A DNA stretch of 64,000 nt from Paraspadella gotoi (GCA_051294375.1 CM119263.1:1815664-1879663); one strand, 5' to 3'. Counted from the first letter of the stretch, positions 34,286 to 60,123 are shown. Numbers and translations: made by a program. The notes: a model not told the origin generated them from the letters alone.

Positions 34286-35394
34286 CAAGTTAGTGACGTG
34301 TATTTTCAAAAAAATTTCTTTCGCCGAAAAGTCCGAGTGAAATCGTCCGATGGCCTTCAAAAGGCCATGCATTTTTCGCTAGAGAGAAGGAGAGAGATCG
34401 GATGAGGAGAGAGAGAGAGAGAGAGAGAGACGAGAGAGAGAGAGATAGAGAAGGGGAAAAATAAGGGGAACATAACATAAAAAGTCGGTTCTTTGTAATG
34501 AGCCAAACTCGTGCGTGAGACGCATTGGAACAAAAAACAATGATAGAGAGAAAGACAGTCAGAAAAAGAAGGAGGGAGAGAGAGAGAGAGAGAAGAGAGA
34601 AAGGAGACAGAGAGAGAGAAGAGACGAGAGAAGAAGAGAGAGAGAGAGAAGAGAGGAGAGAGGAGAGAAAAAGAGAGAGAGAGAGAGAGATATAGCTTTA
34701 CTTTCAGAGTTACTTTTGAAGTAGTCATCCTTATTTACAAAATTCTTTTATTTATTTTTGGTATTAACATGTTTTTTAGATTCACAGTAAAAGTAAAGAA
34801 ATAATTCTCACCAGTGAAAAAGCGAGGTGATCCTTGAGTGGAATCGAGTGACGGTCTGTTAAGCGGTGACGTCATCGTCAGACCGAAAACCAATCCGCAT
34901 TTCCTCAGTGAGACTCGGATCGTCCCTTGATGGAAAGCGGAAAGGAAAACCTTTGGAAAAAAAACAGTTCTCTCTATCTCTCTCTTCCCTTCTCTCCCTC
35001 TCCCTCTCCCTCTCTCTCTCTCTATTCATCTACATAATCTCTGTCCCTCTTTCTATTTCCCTTTTTATTTCTCCCCTCAACGGCCGCTCTGGCATTGGAA
35101 ATAAAAACAAAAAACGTTTTCATCATTCAATCAGAGTAGCGGTTTAAAGTTTTAATTGATATTTTGAATTTCAACAATTTTTACAATTCACTTCTGTACC
35201 TTTTTTCATTTTCTTCAATTCTTTTTCTCATTTATTGTTTATAAATCCTTGACAGACCGACCAAGGAGCGTTTGAGATCTCAGTCGAAGCCGCGCGACAG
35301 AAAAGACTGAAGGTCGCCCTGACAGAAGAAATGAATTTTTAATCGCGACTCAGATGCGGTATGAAACTCAACCCGGCCAGCTTCCTATTCCCGA

Positions 35395-35880
35395 TGCCGG
35401 TTCTTCCCATGTCGGTTCTCGTTGGCGGTTTCTTCCATGTCGTCTCGTTGGCGGTTCTTCCATGTTCGGTCTCGTTGGCGGTTTCTCCATGTTCGGTTCT
35501 CGTGGCGGTTCTCCATGTCGGTTTCTCGTTTGCCGGTTAATCCCTGCCAGGTTTTGTATTGCCAGATCTCCTTGTGGTTCTCATTGCCGGCTCTCATTTT
35601 CCGGTTTGCATTGTCGGTCTTTCATGCTGACTTTATGTTGCCGACTTCTCCCTGTCGGTTTAGCGTTGCCCAGTTCCCATTGCCAGTTCTCATGCCATTT
35701 CTATTTACCGTTTTTTGCGTTGCCAAGTTCTCATTGCCAGTTCTCATAGCCATTTCTCATTGCCGGTTTTGCATAAGTCAGTTTCCTCATTGCCAGTTCT
35801 CATTGCCATTTCTCATTGCCAGTTCTCATTGCCAGTTGCGTTACCGGTTCTCATTGCGGTCCTCGTTACCGACGCCGGTG
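35395..35880. repeat. 13-bp-based minisatellite (gccagttctcatt and 26-bp ggttctccatgtcggttctcgttggc); copy at about 46565-46980
   Basis: Read directly from the sequence. Confidence 0.85.
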
Positions 35881-37498
35881 TTTGCTGACGGCGCCGCGTT
35901 TCCTAACCTCATTATCTCCTTCACCGTTTCGTGGTTTTCGCACCGGCGCGGCGTTGCAAGGCGTCGTTTCATTCAGGCGCTTTGTCATTGGTTTTTTGCC
36001 CATGTCATTGTCTCCGATATCTAGTCGGTCTGATTCTGCAATCCTCGTCATTGATGACGCACGCTGCTTCTCTTTCGGCGCCAATCCCACGAACTCCCAA
36101 AACCAATAGTCGACGGTTTGGATTTCGTTAAAATGCCATTCATTTTTAATTATCATTTTCGTGGATTATTTCTATAATTTTTCCTCTTCCCTATCCTCTT
36201 CCCTATTCCTCCTCCCCCTATTCCTTTTTTCCCTATCCTCTTCCCCCCACTCCTCTTCCCTATCCTCTTCCCCTTTTCCTCCTATCCTCTTCCCCATTAC
36301 TCCTCTTCCCCTATATTCCTCTCCCCTTTTCCTCTTATTCCTTTCCCCCTTACTCCTTTCCCCCTTATTCCTCCCTTTCCCCATTTTCCTCTCCCCCAAC
36401 GCCTCTTCCCCTTTTTCCTCTTCCCCATATTCCTCTTCCCCCTTTTCCTCTTTCCCCCTATTCCTCTTCCTAATCTTCCCTTCTTTTCTTTTACTCCTTC
36501 GTAGGTCAAGTCACGGACATTCACCTTTTCACTCGGATCTCACGAACACGATTTAATGGTTTCTTTTTGGCACAATTGAGTTTCCGCCTCAGAGAGAGAG
36601 AGAGAGAGAGAGAGACGAGAGAGAGAGAGAGGAGGAGAGAGAGAGAAGAGAGAGAGAGAGGAGAGAGAGTCTCCAAAAAGAGTAAAATGAAATGAGAAAA
36701 GATCGAATAAAAGAAATAAATGACGTTAAAGATTGAAAGAGAATTGAAAGGAAGGGAGAAAGAAAATGAGGAATGAAGCTTTTCCCGGAAAATGGAAGTT
36801 TTCCCATATGTCCTTCTTTCGACAAAGGTCGTTGGATTCTGACCGACCGGGTCGTTCCGTCCGTCCGTCCGTAATGACCCTTTCGAAAAAGCTTTGACCT
36901 TCTGTCGGCCTTTCTCCATTTGTGGGAGGTTGGAGTCGGTTGTAGAGGAATCGGGATGAAAGAAGATTTTTTTTCAATAATGCGCAATTCTCGCTCAACG
37001 CCTTGGCATTGCTATGGACATTTTATCGATTTGGATTCCCCTTGTATCGCCTGCATCCCCTTGCATCTCCTTGCATTTCTCCTTCATCTCATTGTTTCTT
37101 TTTTCATTTTTATGTTTTAAGTCTTGATTCATATGAAAATTTCAAAATTACCTGTTTCACTATCTATAGATTTTTAATAGATTTTGAAATATTTGATATT
37201 CTTATGATTTTTATATGCATTTAGGTTTTTTTTTAATATTTTATTGGATTATTTTTAAATCTTATATTGATTATTAGGATAGACAGAAGTGTGTGTTGTT
37301 TCTGGCATCTACGCAAACATAAGGTAGATAATTTCTTGCCCTCTAGATTTTAATAGATCTCATACATCATTCCTGTGGAAATGAGGAAAATCATTAATCT
37401 AAACTAATATACCTAAAAGGCTGAATAAAAAATGGGAATGGATCATTTTTTTGGAGGATTATTTATCTTTTATTATCTTTATCATTTATTATTTATTA

Positions 37499-37549
<51 letters not shown>

Positions 37550-38490
37550 TATATTATTATTATTATTATTATTATTATTTATTATTATAATTATTATTAT
37601 TATTATCCTTGTCTCACATCCCTTTTCTTTTTAAAATCAAAAGTCTAAACCTCTCTCCACCCTTACCCAAGATTGCCTTCACCTCAGTCTGTCCCGATTC
37701 CGGACAGAATTCGCATCTTAATCTTCTCACAGTTTTCATCGTAATCTCGACGCTGCGCCGGCAGGGACGCCGCGCCGCCGCCGCCGAACGGGTGATCTCC
37801 TCCGGGTTAAATTCCATAGATTACGATACCGAGACGAGGCCAGCGCTTTTTTTCAAAATAGACGGGAAGAGACTCCGCCTCGGCCGCCGCCGGCCGACCG
37901 TCGACGCCGCCGGCCTCCGCCCAACCATTCCGGTTGCCAGCAGAAGTCTCGTCTTCCGGTCGCAAAGGATCAAAGTCGACGAGAAGATCGGAGACACCGA
38001 TTTTCCACGACGCCGTTTGATTCGTCCGGAAACGGCGCTGGAAAATGACGGTCGGGCGTCTGGACGTCGGACCGGGGAAAAACAGAATCTTTCTCGGCTT
38101 TTAGCATCGGCGCCGAAAATGGGGCGCCCCTGGGAACGAAGGTCGCCGCAAGAGACGCCGGCCGTTCTCTCGAGGCTCATCGTCGAAACGCCGCTTTATT
38201 GTCGCGCCGCCAGGATGGAGTTGACCGGCGAGTTGATTCGGCGTCGTTTGACGACCGACTGCGGCGACGGTCCGCGCCACGCGGGATCGTGACGGCGCCG
38301 CCAAAGTCGGACAAGGGACAGGAGGCTCTGAGAGGGAGAGGTCGGGGGGAGATGGTTGGTGGGGGGATGGGACGAAGAGATTCTGATATATTTATTATTT
38401 ATTTTATTTATTTATTTATTTATTTATTATTATTTATTTTATATTTATTTATTTATTTATTTAATTATTTATTTATTTATTTATTTATTT

Positions 38491-38521
<31 letters not shown>

Positions 38522-39491
38522 TTATTTATTTATTTTAATTATTTATTTATTATTTATTTATTTCAATAGTTTTATTTGATATATTTAATATTTATGTATT
38601 GGGCCTTTCGGGTGGCCACGCGGTTGTCGCCGTAGCGGTCAGGACGGTCGACCGTCCGGACGGCAGAGAATTTCAAACATCTGTGTCGCAAGTCCCCGAT
38701 TCGCGTCGAAACGTCGCCGACTGACGATGATTGAGACGATAAAGAAAGTGGATATCTGGTTTATTTTATTGTATGAAATTTGAAAAGTCAGAGCTGTTGC
38801 ATCCAGTAGTCGCGACGTCGAACGGTTTGACGTTGCTATTAAAACGTTTTAACGTTTTTTAGAAATCATTGTTTGTTTTTGAAACAACTTGAACTGTTCT
38901 TAATCATCCTTTCCGCTATTTGTCTCAATAATAAATAAACATTTTAAAATTGGTTGAATAGTGAAATTAAACCGAGGCAGCTCAAACATCAAATTAAAAT
39001 AAACATCGAGGGACCGAATTCTTTTTAAAAAAAAAATCCCAAAACTCGATACAAATTGTAAAATTGTGTCATTTCTTCACCTTTTGCTCCACCCTTTTGT
39101 GGGAAGACTTTTACCTTATTTAAAAGTAGTTTTTAGAATTGTGATCTTTACAGTTGTAAAATTTTTTTTTTCCATCTCTATCTTAAATTTCAGTCCACCT
39201 TTGACAATTAGCCATATTCGATCCATTCGCTTTTCTGATATCAAACAAATGTATTCGTCTCATTTTGCTCACCATTATTATAAGGCTATAAAAAACAGAA
39301 AGAAAAGGTTGCGTCACGATGGTGACTTTTGGGCCGTATCCGTTTTTTTGTTGAAACGGAAACTCGGTTTTCACTATTAATGTAATCAGTTCTCACTCTC
39401 CTTTCTCCTCTCACTTGCCTCACTTTTCGCGCTTAGACTCGCCCACTCTTATTACTTCCGTGAGTCTCTCTCTCTTGTTCTCGTGTCTCTC

Positions 39492-39533
<42 letters not shown>

Positions 39534-40172
39534 TCTCGCTTCATCTTATATTTCTCTCTGCTCTTATTCTCAGGTCGCTGATAGCCATTTGTCTTTAAGA
39601 TTTAATCAGTTAAATAGTTATAGTTTTCGTCGCCCGACGTCGGTCGCTAAGCACCGTCCAAGGGCCAAAATAATTTGATCTTTTAAAAATTTCGATCATT
39701 CCCTCCAATTCAATTATTAATCAGACTGTATTAGTTAAATAAATTTGATAAATTTCCATTTCAATTTAATTAATTACTCTACTAATTTTTTTTAATTTTT
39801 CAATTAAATTTTTTATTAGTCAATTACTTGAAAATAAAATTATCTAATATTGTGATTCTAAACAATTAAATAATAGTCATTAAAAAATGCATAATGAATA
39901 AAATTAATCTAAACAAAATCAACGGACATATTCGACGTTAAAACAGACCAACCCCAAATTTTCGTTGCATCGCTCGATCAAATTAATAAATCAATTAGTC
40001 GATTTATCAATCAATTAGCAAAATTGGACGATTGACTTGTCTTTTTGTGTGACTATATACTTCCAATTGTTGTGTTGTTGTTGTTTTTCGATTTGCCGCT
40101 TGAATTCGTTGACGATTTTCCGTCTCTATTTGACGACTGTCAAATAAGCACTCATCTCTTCTCTTCTCTCTG

Positions 40173-40230
<58 letters not shown>

Positions 40231-41713
40231 GTTGATTCAACTTCAATTTTTTGTCTGCAATCCCCTCAACTCGCCTTTTTAGTTGCGCCGCAAGCAACTC
40301 GCGGAACTTTTACTCTATAAGTCACTTTAAGGTGATCTGTCGGTCCGTGACGGATCGGTTCGGCTCCGTCGGATGTCTGTCCGTCTGTCTGTCCCACTTA
40401 CGTCTATTAAATGCCTTTCATAACTTTGCATAGAATTGATTGCTCATAAAAATGTGCCTCGCCAAAACTGACCCTCAGTCAGCCTCACCCCCGAACAAAC
40501 CCTGACCCAAGCTTTGGGTTTTCAACGCGGTTTTAGTTTTCCCGTTCGAATGAAAAATTAGCGTTCTGTTGATCGGCGACTGTTTGAATCGGACCTGTTG
40601 ATCGGACTGTTTGATCGGACGCAGATTTGAAAAAAAGAAATTGTTATTTGATCGAAAGTCGGTTTAAAAGGGAAATAGTTTTTTTGAAATCTATGTTATT
40701 CTATTTAATTTTAATTTACATAGGAAAGCTCGATTAATAAAATTATTTTGAAAAAGTTTTATATCTGTTGTAGATACGATTCGACTTTTTAGTACGTAGG
40801 TACGTACATTTTAGTATAGAATTGTAGTTCACTATTCGCAACTTTTTGTCTTGGATTCAGTTAATCGTTATATTTCAGTATAGATTTTTTTTACGAAGAT
40901 GTTTCCAAATTAGATTAACAGCGAATTATATAACTTGGTTCTTCGGTATCAGTTCACTTTTCAAACCCATTGGCACTCGGAAAGCGATTTACTGTTAGGG
41001 AATCGTAGTACAGCCATGCGTTTTCTTCGTTTGTTTCTGCAACGTTTTTTCCCTCTTTTCTATTGAACTTGAAACAATTATTCTCTCCTTTTTACTAGTA
41101 CCTCCTTATATCCACGTTTAACCTTTTTATTTTCATTTCATATTTTTTCTCTCTTCTTTCCTTTTTCTTTCTTGCCTTTTCTTTACTTTCATATTCTTCT
41201 TTTTTCATCTTTTTCCCCACAAATTTCTTTTATTCTCTTTTTTTTTCTAAAAAAAAAGTCAAGCAAACCGGGGGCTTTTGTGGGTCTCTTCCTTTTTTCC
41301 CCCTTGCTCCTCCCGCCTTTTCAAGGCAAACACTAACCTATCAAAGGCGGAAGGTTGTGCTCTCCGGTTGATTTCGTTCTTTTGTGTGTCCGACCAATTG
41401 GCGTCACTGATGCGAGGATTTCCGGAGCCGGAATTTGAATTCCGGCCTCCGCCCACCAAGCCGGGCGTCCGGTTCTCGCTCCGCCGACGCGAACCTTTTT
41501 TGATCGCCAACTTCCGCCGCCTCCGCATCCGCCCCGCCGCCGGACGCCTCAGCGGACGCCTTTCAACGCGCCGCAGTAGTCGGCAGCCGGACGCCGTTGC
41601 AACGACGCCGCTTTGGCCGGCCGAGAACTTCTTGCTTCGATCCGTCTTAAAAAAAATCTAGTCCTTTGTTTGTCTAGACGCGAAATGGACAACCGTAAAG
41701 TTGAAGGAGACAT
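35866..41713 (-). CDS. IRE1/RNase L-like pseudokinase gene, copy 1 (more frameshift errors). Exons about 41337-41713, 37684-38328, 36497-36587 and 35870-36170
   Basis: Homologous to copy 2 at 46950-52719; see that entry. Confidence 0.55.
36180..36480. repeat. Polypyrimidine minisatellite of about 14 bp (cctcttcccctatt); copy at about 47278-47580, similar tract at 60845-60940
   Basis: Read directly from the sequence. Confidence 0.85.
40277..40400 (+). mobile_element. HINE/DINE-1-like (Helentron-type) non-autonomous element end; copy at 51347-51460, fragments at about 10013-10050 and 10988-11045
   Basis: TTTTAGT, then a short imperfect palindrome, then ctctataagtcacttt and a (GTCG/GTCC/GTCT)n microsatellite, the layout typical of this class. 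Confidence 0.55.
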
Positions 41714-44420
41714 CTGTGGCAGATGTTATAAAATATGACAAGTATGATTACTATGAACTTATGTGTATATCAAATTTAATATTCATTCCTTTGTATAGAC
41801 ATTTACAGGAAGGACCATACTTTCATCCCTCTTCCCATCGTGATATTTTTAAAATTAAAGCTCGCATTTAAATAAATTTTAACTTTTTTCAAATTTTATT
41901 TTCAACTGTAAATCAATACCAAGTTAAAGCAATATTCGTAATTTGATGGAAACGAATAATGCTAAAAATTTATAAAATAAAATAAGATAAAATTAATTTA
42001 AGTCCTGACATTTATATTTGGTTTTTTGTTTTTTGTTTTTGAAAACGTGACTGGCTACATTTATACAAATAATTACAAGAAAGTGCAATTTTCATTCTAC
42101 AAACCAATGCGAAAATATTAAAACCAATTAATCAATATAAATATAAATATAACAACAAATTAACCAAATCGATTGTGGAAAATCATTTTGTTCTTCGTCA
42201 AGAAAATTTTGAAAAAAAAAATCGAGAGAAAAAAAAACTGTTGATTCCTATTCTCGAAATAAAAGGAGAAAAAGAAAGGAATATCCCATTCTTAACAGAA
42301 ATGACCAGTTGCGGTCATTCATGTAAAGGATGACACGACGACGACTACAACGACGGACGACGACAATAAGCGAGTCGGCGGCGGAGGAGGAAAACTATGG
42401 TTTGCGAAAAGGAGGGCGTGGAAAAATGCAGGCACTGATGATTGATGACGATTGATTGACGACGACGAAAAAAAATGATAGCCAAAGAAGACGACAACGA
42501 CGACGAGAAAAGAGGAGAACGAACAAAAGTAGTAGGTCAATTAGGGCGGCTCTAGGTATAATCTTAAGTGAAACTTTAGAAATTTTAAAACAATTTTTTT
42601 ACGTGTGTCTTAGAAATTGATATTTATTTTTATTTTTAAATTTATATTTTTTAGGGAACATTCAAATAAGCTAGGTTTTAAAATCTTTTAAAAATTTATT
42701 TCATTTAAAAATCTTAAAAAAGGTTGACAGTAAATATGTTATATTACAAAAGCAAAACATGAAAAAAATTCAAACATCATTCTTTTATTTATCTTAATTT
42801 TTAAAAATTTTTTTCTCGATATTCAAAATTTAAAAAAAATTAAATTAAATATTTTTGATTTGAAATAAAATTTAAAGCTCTTTGAAAAAAAAGAATTATT
42901 TTGGTTAAAAAATTATCTATGCATGAAATTGAATTGCCTGGGTCTACTTACACGAGATGGAAATATCATTGACAAAAACACCTCCTCATAATATTTTTTT
43001 TTTTTTTTTGGTCATTAAGAAGAAAAAGAATAAGAACGAATTTCGACACAAACGAAATAGAAGAGAAAAAGAAAGAGAGTAAAAGAAGGAGATATTTAAA
43101 GAAATTGAAAAGAATATAAGATGAAAGAGAAAGGATACTATGAAGAGAAAAAGAAAGAAGATTACAGGAAGGAAGAAAAGGCGGGAAAAAAAGTAAGAAG
43201 GCTGAAACGATGGTAAGTTTTTATTCTTCTTGGGAATTCGAGGAAAGAAGGACCATCCGGAAACAGCATCGCTCAGCTCGTAAGTTTAAGCTTGGTCAGT
43301 TCGACGTCACGAAGGTGAGTACAAGAGGAGACTAAAAATACTGAATGTTGGAAAAACTCTATGTCCACACTAGTAGATATATTAGAAGCCTAAAAAATGC
43401 ATTGAGAGAGAGAGAGAGAGAGAGTGAGAGAGGGAGAGCCAAAATGCTCGCCCCTTCGTAAAAAGCCAACTTGAGAGAGTCCCTCCTCTAAAAAAGGGAA
43501 AACGCAGGCATTTGCTTGACTGAAGAGAAAAAATATTGGAAACGATGATGAAGTTTTTGGAATCAAAAAGAATAAAAAAAAAAAGGCAAGGATTTTTACT
43601 TTCCGATAATTGGCTTGTCATTTTGGCTCTCTTTTACGAGCTGTGCCCCATTTCCGTTTGTTTATCTAGAATTATTTACTTTTATTAGTTATTCTTTTGT
43701 TTTTAATATCATCTAAATATGTTTTTCAAACTTATTAAACCAAATTCTTAATCTTAGTCTCTAATCTTAATTCCCTAACCTAACTCTAATCACTGGTCTC
43801 ATACCCAAATCGTTAACCTTATCCATAACCTAATCCTTAACCCAACCTTGACCTATCTTTAACTAAAAGTTAACTTTATACGAATTTAGGATAAAATGGA
43901 GCATTTTGAGAAAAATAAGGCCATCATTGTAACTTAAAGCAAAAAAAGCGACGCTGATCAATTGTGGTCGAGTTAAAGAAAAGAGAAAAAAAAGGAAGAA
44001 AAAAGGAAAGAGAAAAAAAGGAAAAAAAAGAAGAGAGAATTATTCAAATTCAAGACCGAAATTAAATACATTAATTGAATACGATATACAATCAAATCAA
44101 ATTTAAGCTCGGAATCCTAATTCTTTCTGGTACTTTTTATTTCAATAAAGGCACCATTTCAACTAAATATCATAAATTAAGTTATTTAAGATTTAATAAT
44201 TAGGTGAAGAAAATAAAGTATGGGATTAGTTTTATGGATTAAGTTAAAGGAATTAAGGTTTAAGTAAGGAATAAGGGTTTAAGGATTTGATCCAACCTCT
44301 CCGTTTATTTTGCCACAATAGTTTGAATTAATAATTAAGTTTATAGTATTAGGTAAAATTTAGGGATTGAAGTTGTGATTTGCTTACAGTAATGGATAAG
44401 GGTAAACTCTCTCTTTTTTT

Positions 44421-55328
<10,908 letters not shown>

Positions 55329-57429
55329 AGCGATTGGATTAAAGTTTTGAAAAAAAAACCTTACAGCTAGACATGGGGCGCTCTCGGAAAATAGTACCCT
55401 ATTTCTTTTCTGCCAAATGTGTTAAATTCAACCCGAATTTTCTCCGCCTCCTTTCACTCTTCCCCTTCCTTTCCTCTCTTCTATTTCCTAATCGCCCTGA
55501 TCGCTCTCAACCCTTCTCATATTAATCGCTTATCACTTGTCAAAGTAATCTCTTCAAAACCGTCTTTTCATTAAGCCCAATGAACCTTTCTTGTTAGTTG
55601 CTTATGACTAATTACCAAGATTATTTCAAACCCTTCTTGTTTTAATTGATTACCAAAATAATTGTTCCAAATCCGTCTTTTAAATTGCTTATCACTAAAT
55701 TGCCCATAAGCCATTTCATTAATCGCTTGCAACTATTCGCGTTTAAATCTTTGTCAATCGCGTATCAATCGCTTAATTATCGCCTTAATAGCTCTTAACA
55801 CTACTGGTTTAATCGCTTTTCCCCCAGAATTTTTTTTTTCCTAAATTAAAAACTCAGTCGATGCCTTCAAAATTCTTCCTTCAGAAAACAAAACTTTTTT
55901 CGATCGTCGAGTCGTCACGCTCGTCGTCGTTCTCATCGTCGTCGTCGTCGTCGTCGTCATCGCTATCTTCGATATCTTATTTTTTCGTAACATCGTCGAC
56001 GAGAACGACGTCATTCCTAATGTCGTCTTCGTCATCCCTAATGGAAAGCGTCGGAAGGATTTTCTTCTTATCAGTGATCGCTGATCCTCTTTTCCAGAAC
56101 AAATCGCTGGAATACCAGAGGATTTCTTTACCCGCCCTGTTCCTTACCCATGACAGACCTTACCCTTCCGTCTTCAACCTTTTTTGCTCTTCGCTATTTT
56201 TGCTATTCTTATTTGCTTTTCCTTTTTATTAATTCGCTCTTTTTTTTCCATTTTTCTCTTCGCTTTTTCTGACTTTTTTTCTTTTTTTTTTCTTCTCTGT
56301 CGTTTTTTTCCAAAATCCCGAGTATCAGAAGGAGTTTGATTTGTGCCAAACATTCGACTCTCACGACGTTCGGGTTATAACAACAACAACGACAACAACA
56401 ACAACATCAACAGAATCGAGAAACGCCTCTAATTTCTTCTAATCAGACAAATTGGTAATCGCCTTTAAAAATGACATCGGTCTTCGTCAGTGTAGTGTAC
56501 ACTACCATCTAACTCTTTATAAACAAGATTTTCACAATCTCTATCATCTAACGCTTCATAAATAGAAGTATGTAAACAAGATTTATAAACTACATTTTAT
56601 CAATTTCTTTCATCCGACTCTTCATAAACATTAAAAAAGATTTAATTACAAGAATTTCACACTTACTTAAGCCTTTAAATACGAATTTCTATTCGTTTAG
56701 CGTCGTCATTGGCTGCTCATCGCCCGATAATCTAGATCACATTAGCTCATTCTTCGGCGCCAAGATTCGAATTTGGTTTAATCCCTTAATTGACCGTGGG
56801 TCGACTAGTTTCTTCCGCCATCCTCTCAGTTCAACCCTCATTACCATAAATCGTCTTACATTCAATTCGGCCACATTATTTCGCTATTAGTACAAAGTAG
56901 TTGACGAGATTTCTTCATTCTTCGCCTTCATCTGCTCAGTCGTCATCTCCACCGCACGACCCTCATTGTCAACCCTCATTTTTATTTTGTTTATTAGTAA
57001 TGCTCTTTCATTGTTAAATTCGTATTTTGACGTTACTAAGATTCTGATTGTTCACGTATTTTAAACGCGTGGTTCGCTGATTGGTCACTGATCAGTCTTT
57101 GAGATTGTTCTTCGCCTAAATATATAAAACAGACGTGATTACCTAAAACTATGAGGATAAGTCACCAATGATTCGTAAACGTTTAAAAAATATTAGTTTT
57201 TCATGATTTTATTATTAAGTTTAAAGTTAACTATTTTTAATAATTTTTTTTCTCTCCTATGTTTTAAAAAGTCTCCCTTCTGCTTGCTTCTAGTCTCACG
57301 CTTCCTCATATTACGACTTCATCTTTAATACAATTTATGAATTTAACAAGTTAGAATTTATATTAATAAATAACAAGTCATAATACACATCCTTCACTCC
57401 CTTTAACCCCAACCCTCATTTCCTTACGA

Positions 57430-57508
<79 letters not shown>

Positions 57509-57787
57509 GCGGGCAAAACAACCGCCTCGCGATGTAAGGAAGATTCACAAACTCACCAACTCACGTGAGACTGAAAAAAGATCCGACTCGTCATTTCGTC
57601 GTGAAGGGAAAAGGAAGAGGGAGGGGCTGAGGGGGGGGGGAACCAGCAAGGAGAATGACCTTAGAGTAGTAACTAGTAAGGCCTACTATAAATAAATTAA
57701 TAAAATGGAAGAAATTTTTTAAGATTTGATAAAAATTCGTTGGTATTTTGGTGAATCATTTAAAGTTGTAATAATGGTGGAATTTAA

Positions 57788-57872
57788 ATATTGAATTGAA
57801 TTGAATTGAATTGAATTGAATTGAATTGAATTGAATTGAATTGAATTGAATTGAATTGATTTGAATTGAATT
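57788..57872. repeat. (ATTGA)n pentanucleotide repeat
   Basis: Read directly from the sequence. Confidence 0.9.
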
Positions 57873-58225
57873 AAAGTAAATTTGATATGCGTTAAGTTGA
57901 TTTGATTTGTTTAGATTTGTCAGATTTAAAAGAATCTTTTTCGAAAATGTAGTAGTTACGTTGGCGTGCAAGAGCTTGTGCAATGATTGTCAGTGGCTGG
58001 AACATGCGCCCCGCATAGTGTGTGTAGTGCAGACACGTTTGAGTTGAAGAGAATGTGCGCTCGCGCAAATTTATTCGAGTTAAATCGACTAAAAACGAAA
58101 ATTTGAATTATAATGAGCCTGGAATGCATGAGAAGCTTTTAACACGTTTGGGCTTAAGGAATCTAGGATGAAGAAAAAATTGGGTAAACGGGTAATCACG
58201 GATAAGTGAATGGAAAAAAAGGTGG

Positions 58226-58287
<62 letters not shown>

Positions 58288-60054
58288 AGAGAGAGAGAGA
58301 GAGAATAATTAATCAATTAGCCTAGAATTAAATAAATAAAGATGAAAGCGACCCATTGGTTAAGGGAATTTAAAAAAAAATCAGGAGCGTTAATTGTCAA
58401 TCAACTCATATTGATTCTCACTCAATCCTTGAAGTATATTTCTCCTATTGAGGTTAAACTGAGAACTCGTGATGCTTTTCGGAAACGCCCTTCACATTTT
58501 TTTCGGTCATCATCTTTGTCGGCGCCTTTGTCGGTATCTTGGTCGGCATTTTTTTTTTGAAATCTTTATCGATTGTAGAAACAACGGCAATGAAGTTTTA
58601 TTATGAAATTGGTAAAACTAATACTAAAGTATGATTTATTAATTATGAATCAATATCTCCTTTTTAACGTCATATGGACGCCAAAGCAACGCCGTAACTA
58701 CGTCACAACTTATTATAACGTGACAAAGGTTCCTCATATCGACAACTAAGCGCCGCCATCACGACGCCTTAGCAACGCCTTTGCGTTCGCATCGTGTCCG
58801 TCTTAGCAACGGCGCGGCCCAACCCTAGCGACGCGCCTCGTAATTCGCTTCGAACGAGGAATGCGAGAGAGCGTCGTTAAAAGACCGGAAATGACGACCG
58901 GAAATTCGGAGACGCGAGGAAAAAGAAGGAAAGGAAAAGGGAGGAAAGGAAAAAGGGAGGAAAGGAGAGGAGTGGAATGGAGAAAGGAAAGGGAAGGGAG
59001 GAAAGGATAAGGAAAAGAAGGAAAGGAAAGAAAGAGAGGAAAGGGAAAAAAAAGAAATGGAGGAAAGGAAAAGGAAAATGAAATGGAGGAAAAGAAAGAA
59101 AGGGAGGAAAGAAAAAAATGGAGGAAAGGAAAAGAAGGGTGGAAGATCGATCATTATGAGAAAATACAAAGAAAGAGGGGAAATAAAATAAGAAAGAAAA
59201 TAAGAAAAGAGGAAAGAAGTTGAAATAAGGAAGGGGACGAAAAAAAGAAATGAAATGGAATGAAAAATTTTGAATGAAAAGAATTAAATAAATGAAAAAC
59301 ACGAAAAAGATAAAAATAATCCATCGACAGAAATTCGAAAAAAAAACAAGTTTGAGCAAACAATGTCGGATCTGCCCAGGATCATTAGCGGTAATTAATA
59401 AATAAATTAATTAATTAATTCAAGTTAATTAATTTATTAGACAATTAATTAATTCAAGTTAATTAATTGATGAGACAATTAATTAATTAATTAATTTGAT
59501 CCAAAATATCTTTTCGTCACTTACCCCGATAAAAGCAACGATGACAATGATGGCGACAATGACAATAATGCCAATAACGATTGACTTAATTGATTGATTG
59601 ATTGATTAAATAATTACTTAATTAATAAATGAATTGATTGATTACATAATTAATTAATAAATAAATAAATTGATTGATTGAATAATTAATTGATTAATTA
59701 TTGACTGATTAATTAATTAGTGATTATTTAATTGACTAATTTATTAATTAACTGATTAATTATTTGATAAAGTAAAAGAAGAATAATCAATTAGTGAAAC
59801 AGGTTTTTTGTTTTTTGCATCTAAAGTCATTTCCACTCACACGATTCCATCAAAACTTCATATCCAGCTCAATCACACGCTTCCCTACCCACACAAAATT
59901 TCATTCCATTGCATCCATCCAATCACGAGTAATTAGAGTTTTTTGCTAAGGTGGTACGGACGGGCGGACGGTCGGAAGTCTTTTTTTTTTTTGCATAATT
60001 TATCATAATTTGATGTTCTGACAAGATAAAAGTGAATGCCCGACAAGATTGAGG

Positions 60055-60123
60055 GAGCGAACCGACGGACCGACAAAGTGAATTATAGAGTCGGCATCTG
60101 CTGATAAGCAGATCCGACTAAAA
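60055..60123 (-). mobile_element. HINE/DINE-1-like element end with a strong terminal hairpin
   Basis: Minus strand reads ttttagtcggatctgct-tatc-agcagatgccgact-ctataattcactttgtcggtccgtcgg, the same layout as 40277. Confidence 0.55.

Noticed and set aside
34815-34950. Minus-strand MRIGFRSDDDVTA resembling a CUB-domain strand
   Set aside because: The match is short and followed by a stop, with no other CUB motifs; exon-like boundaries exist but the product cannot be assigned.
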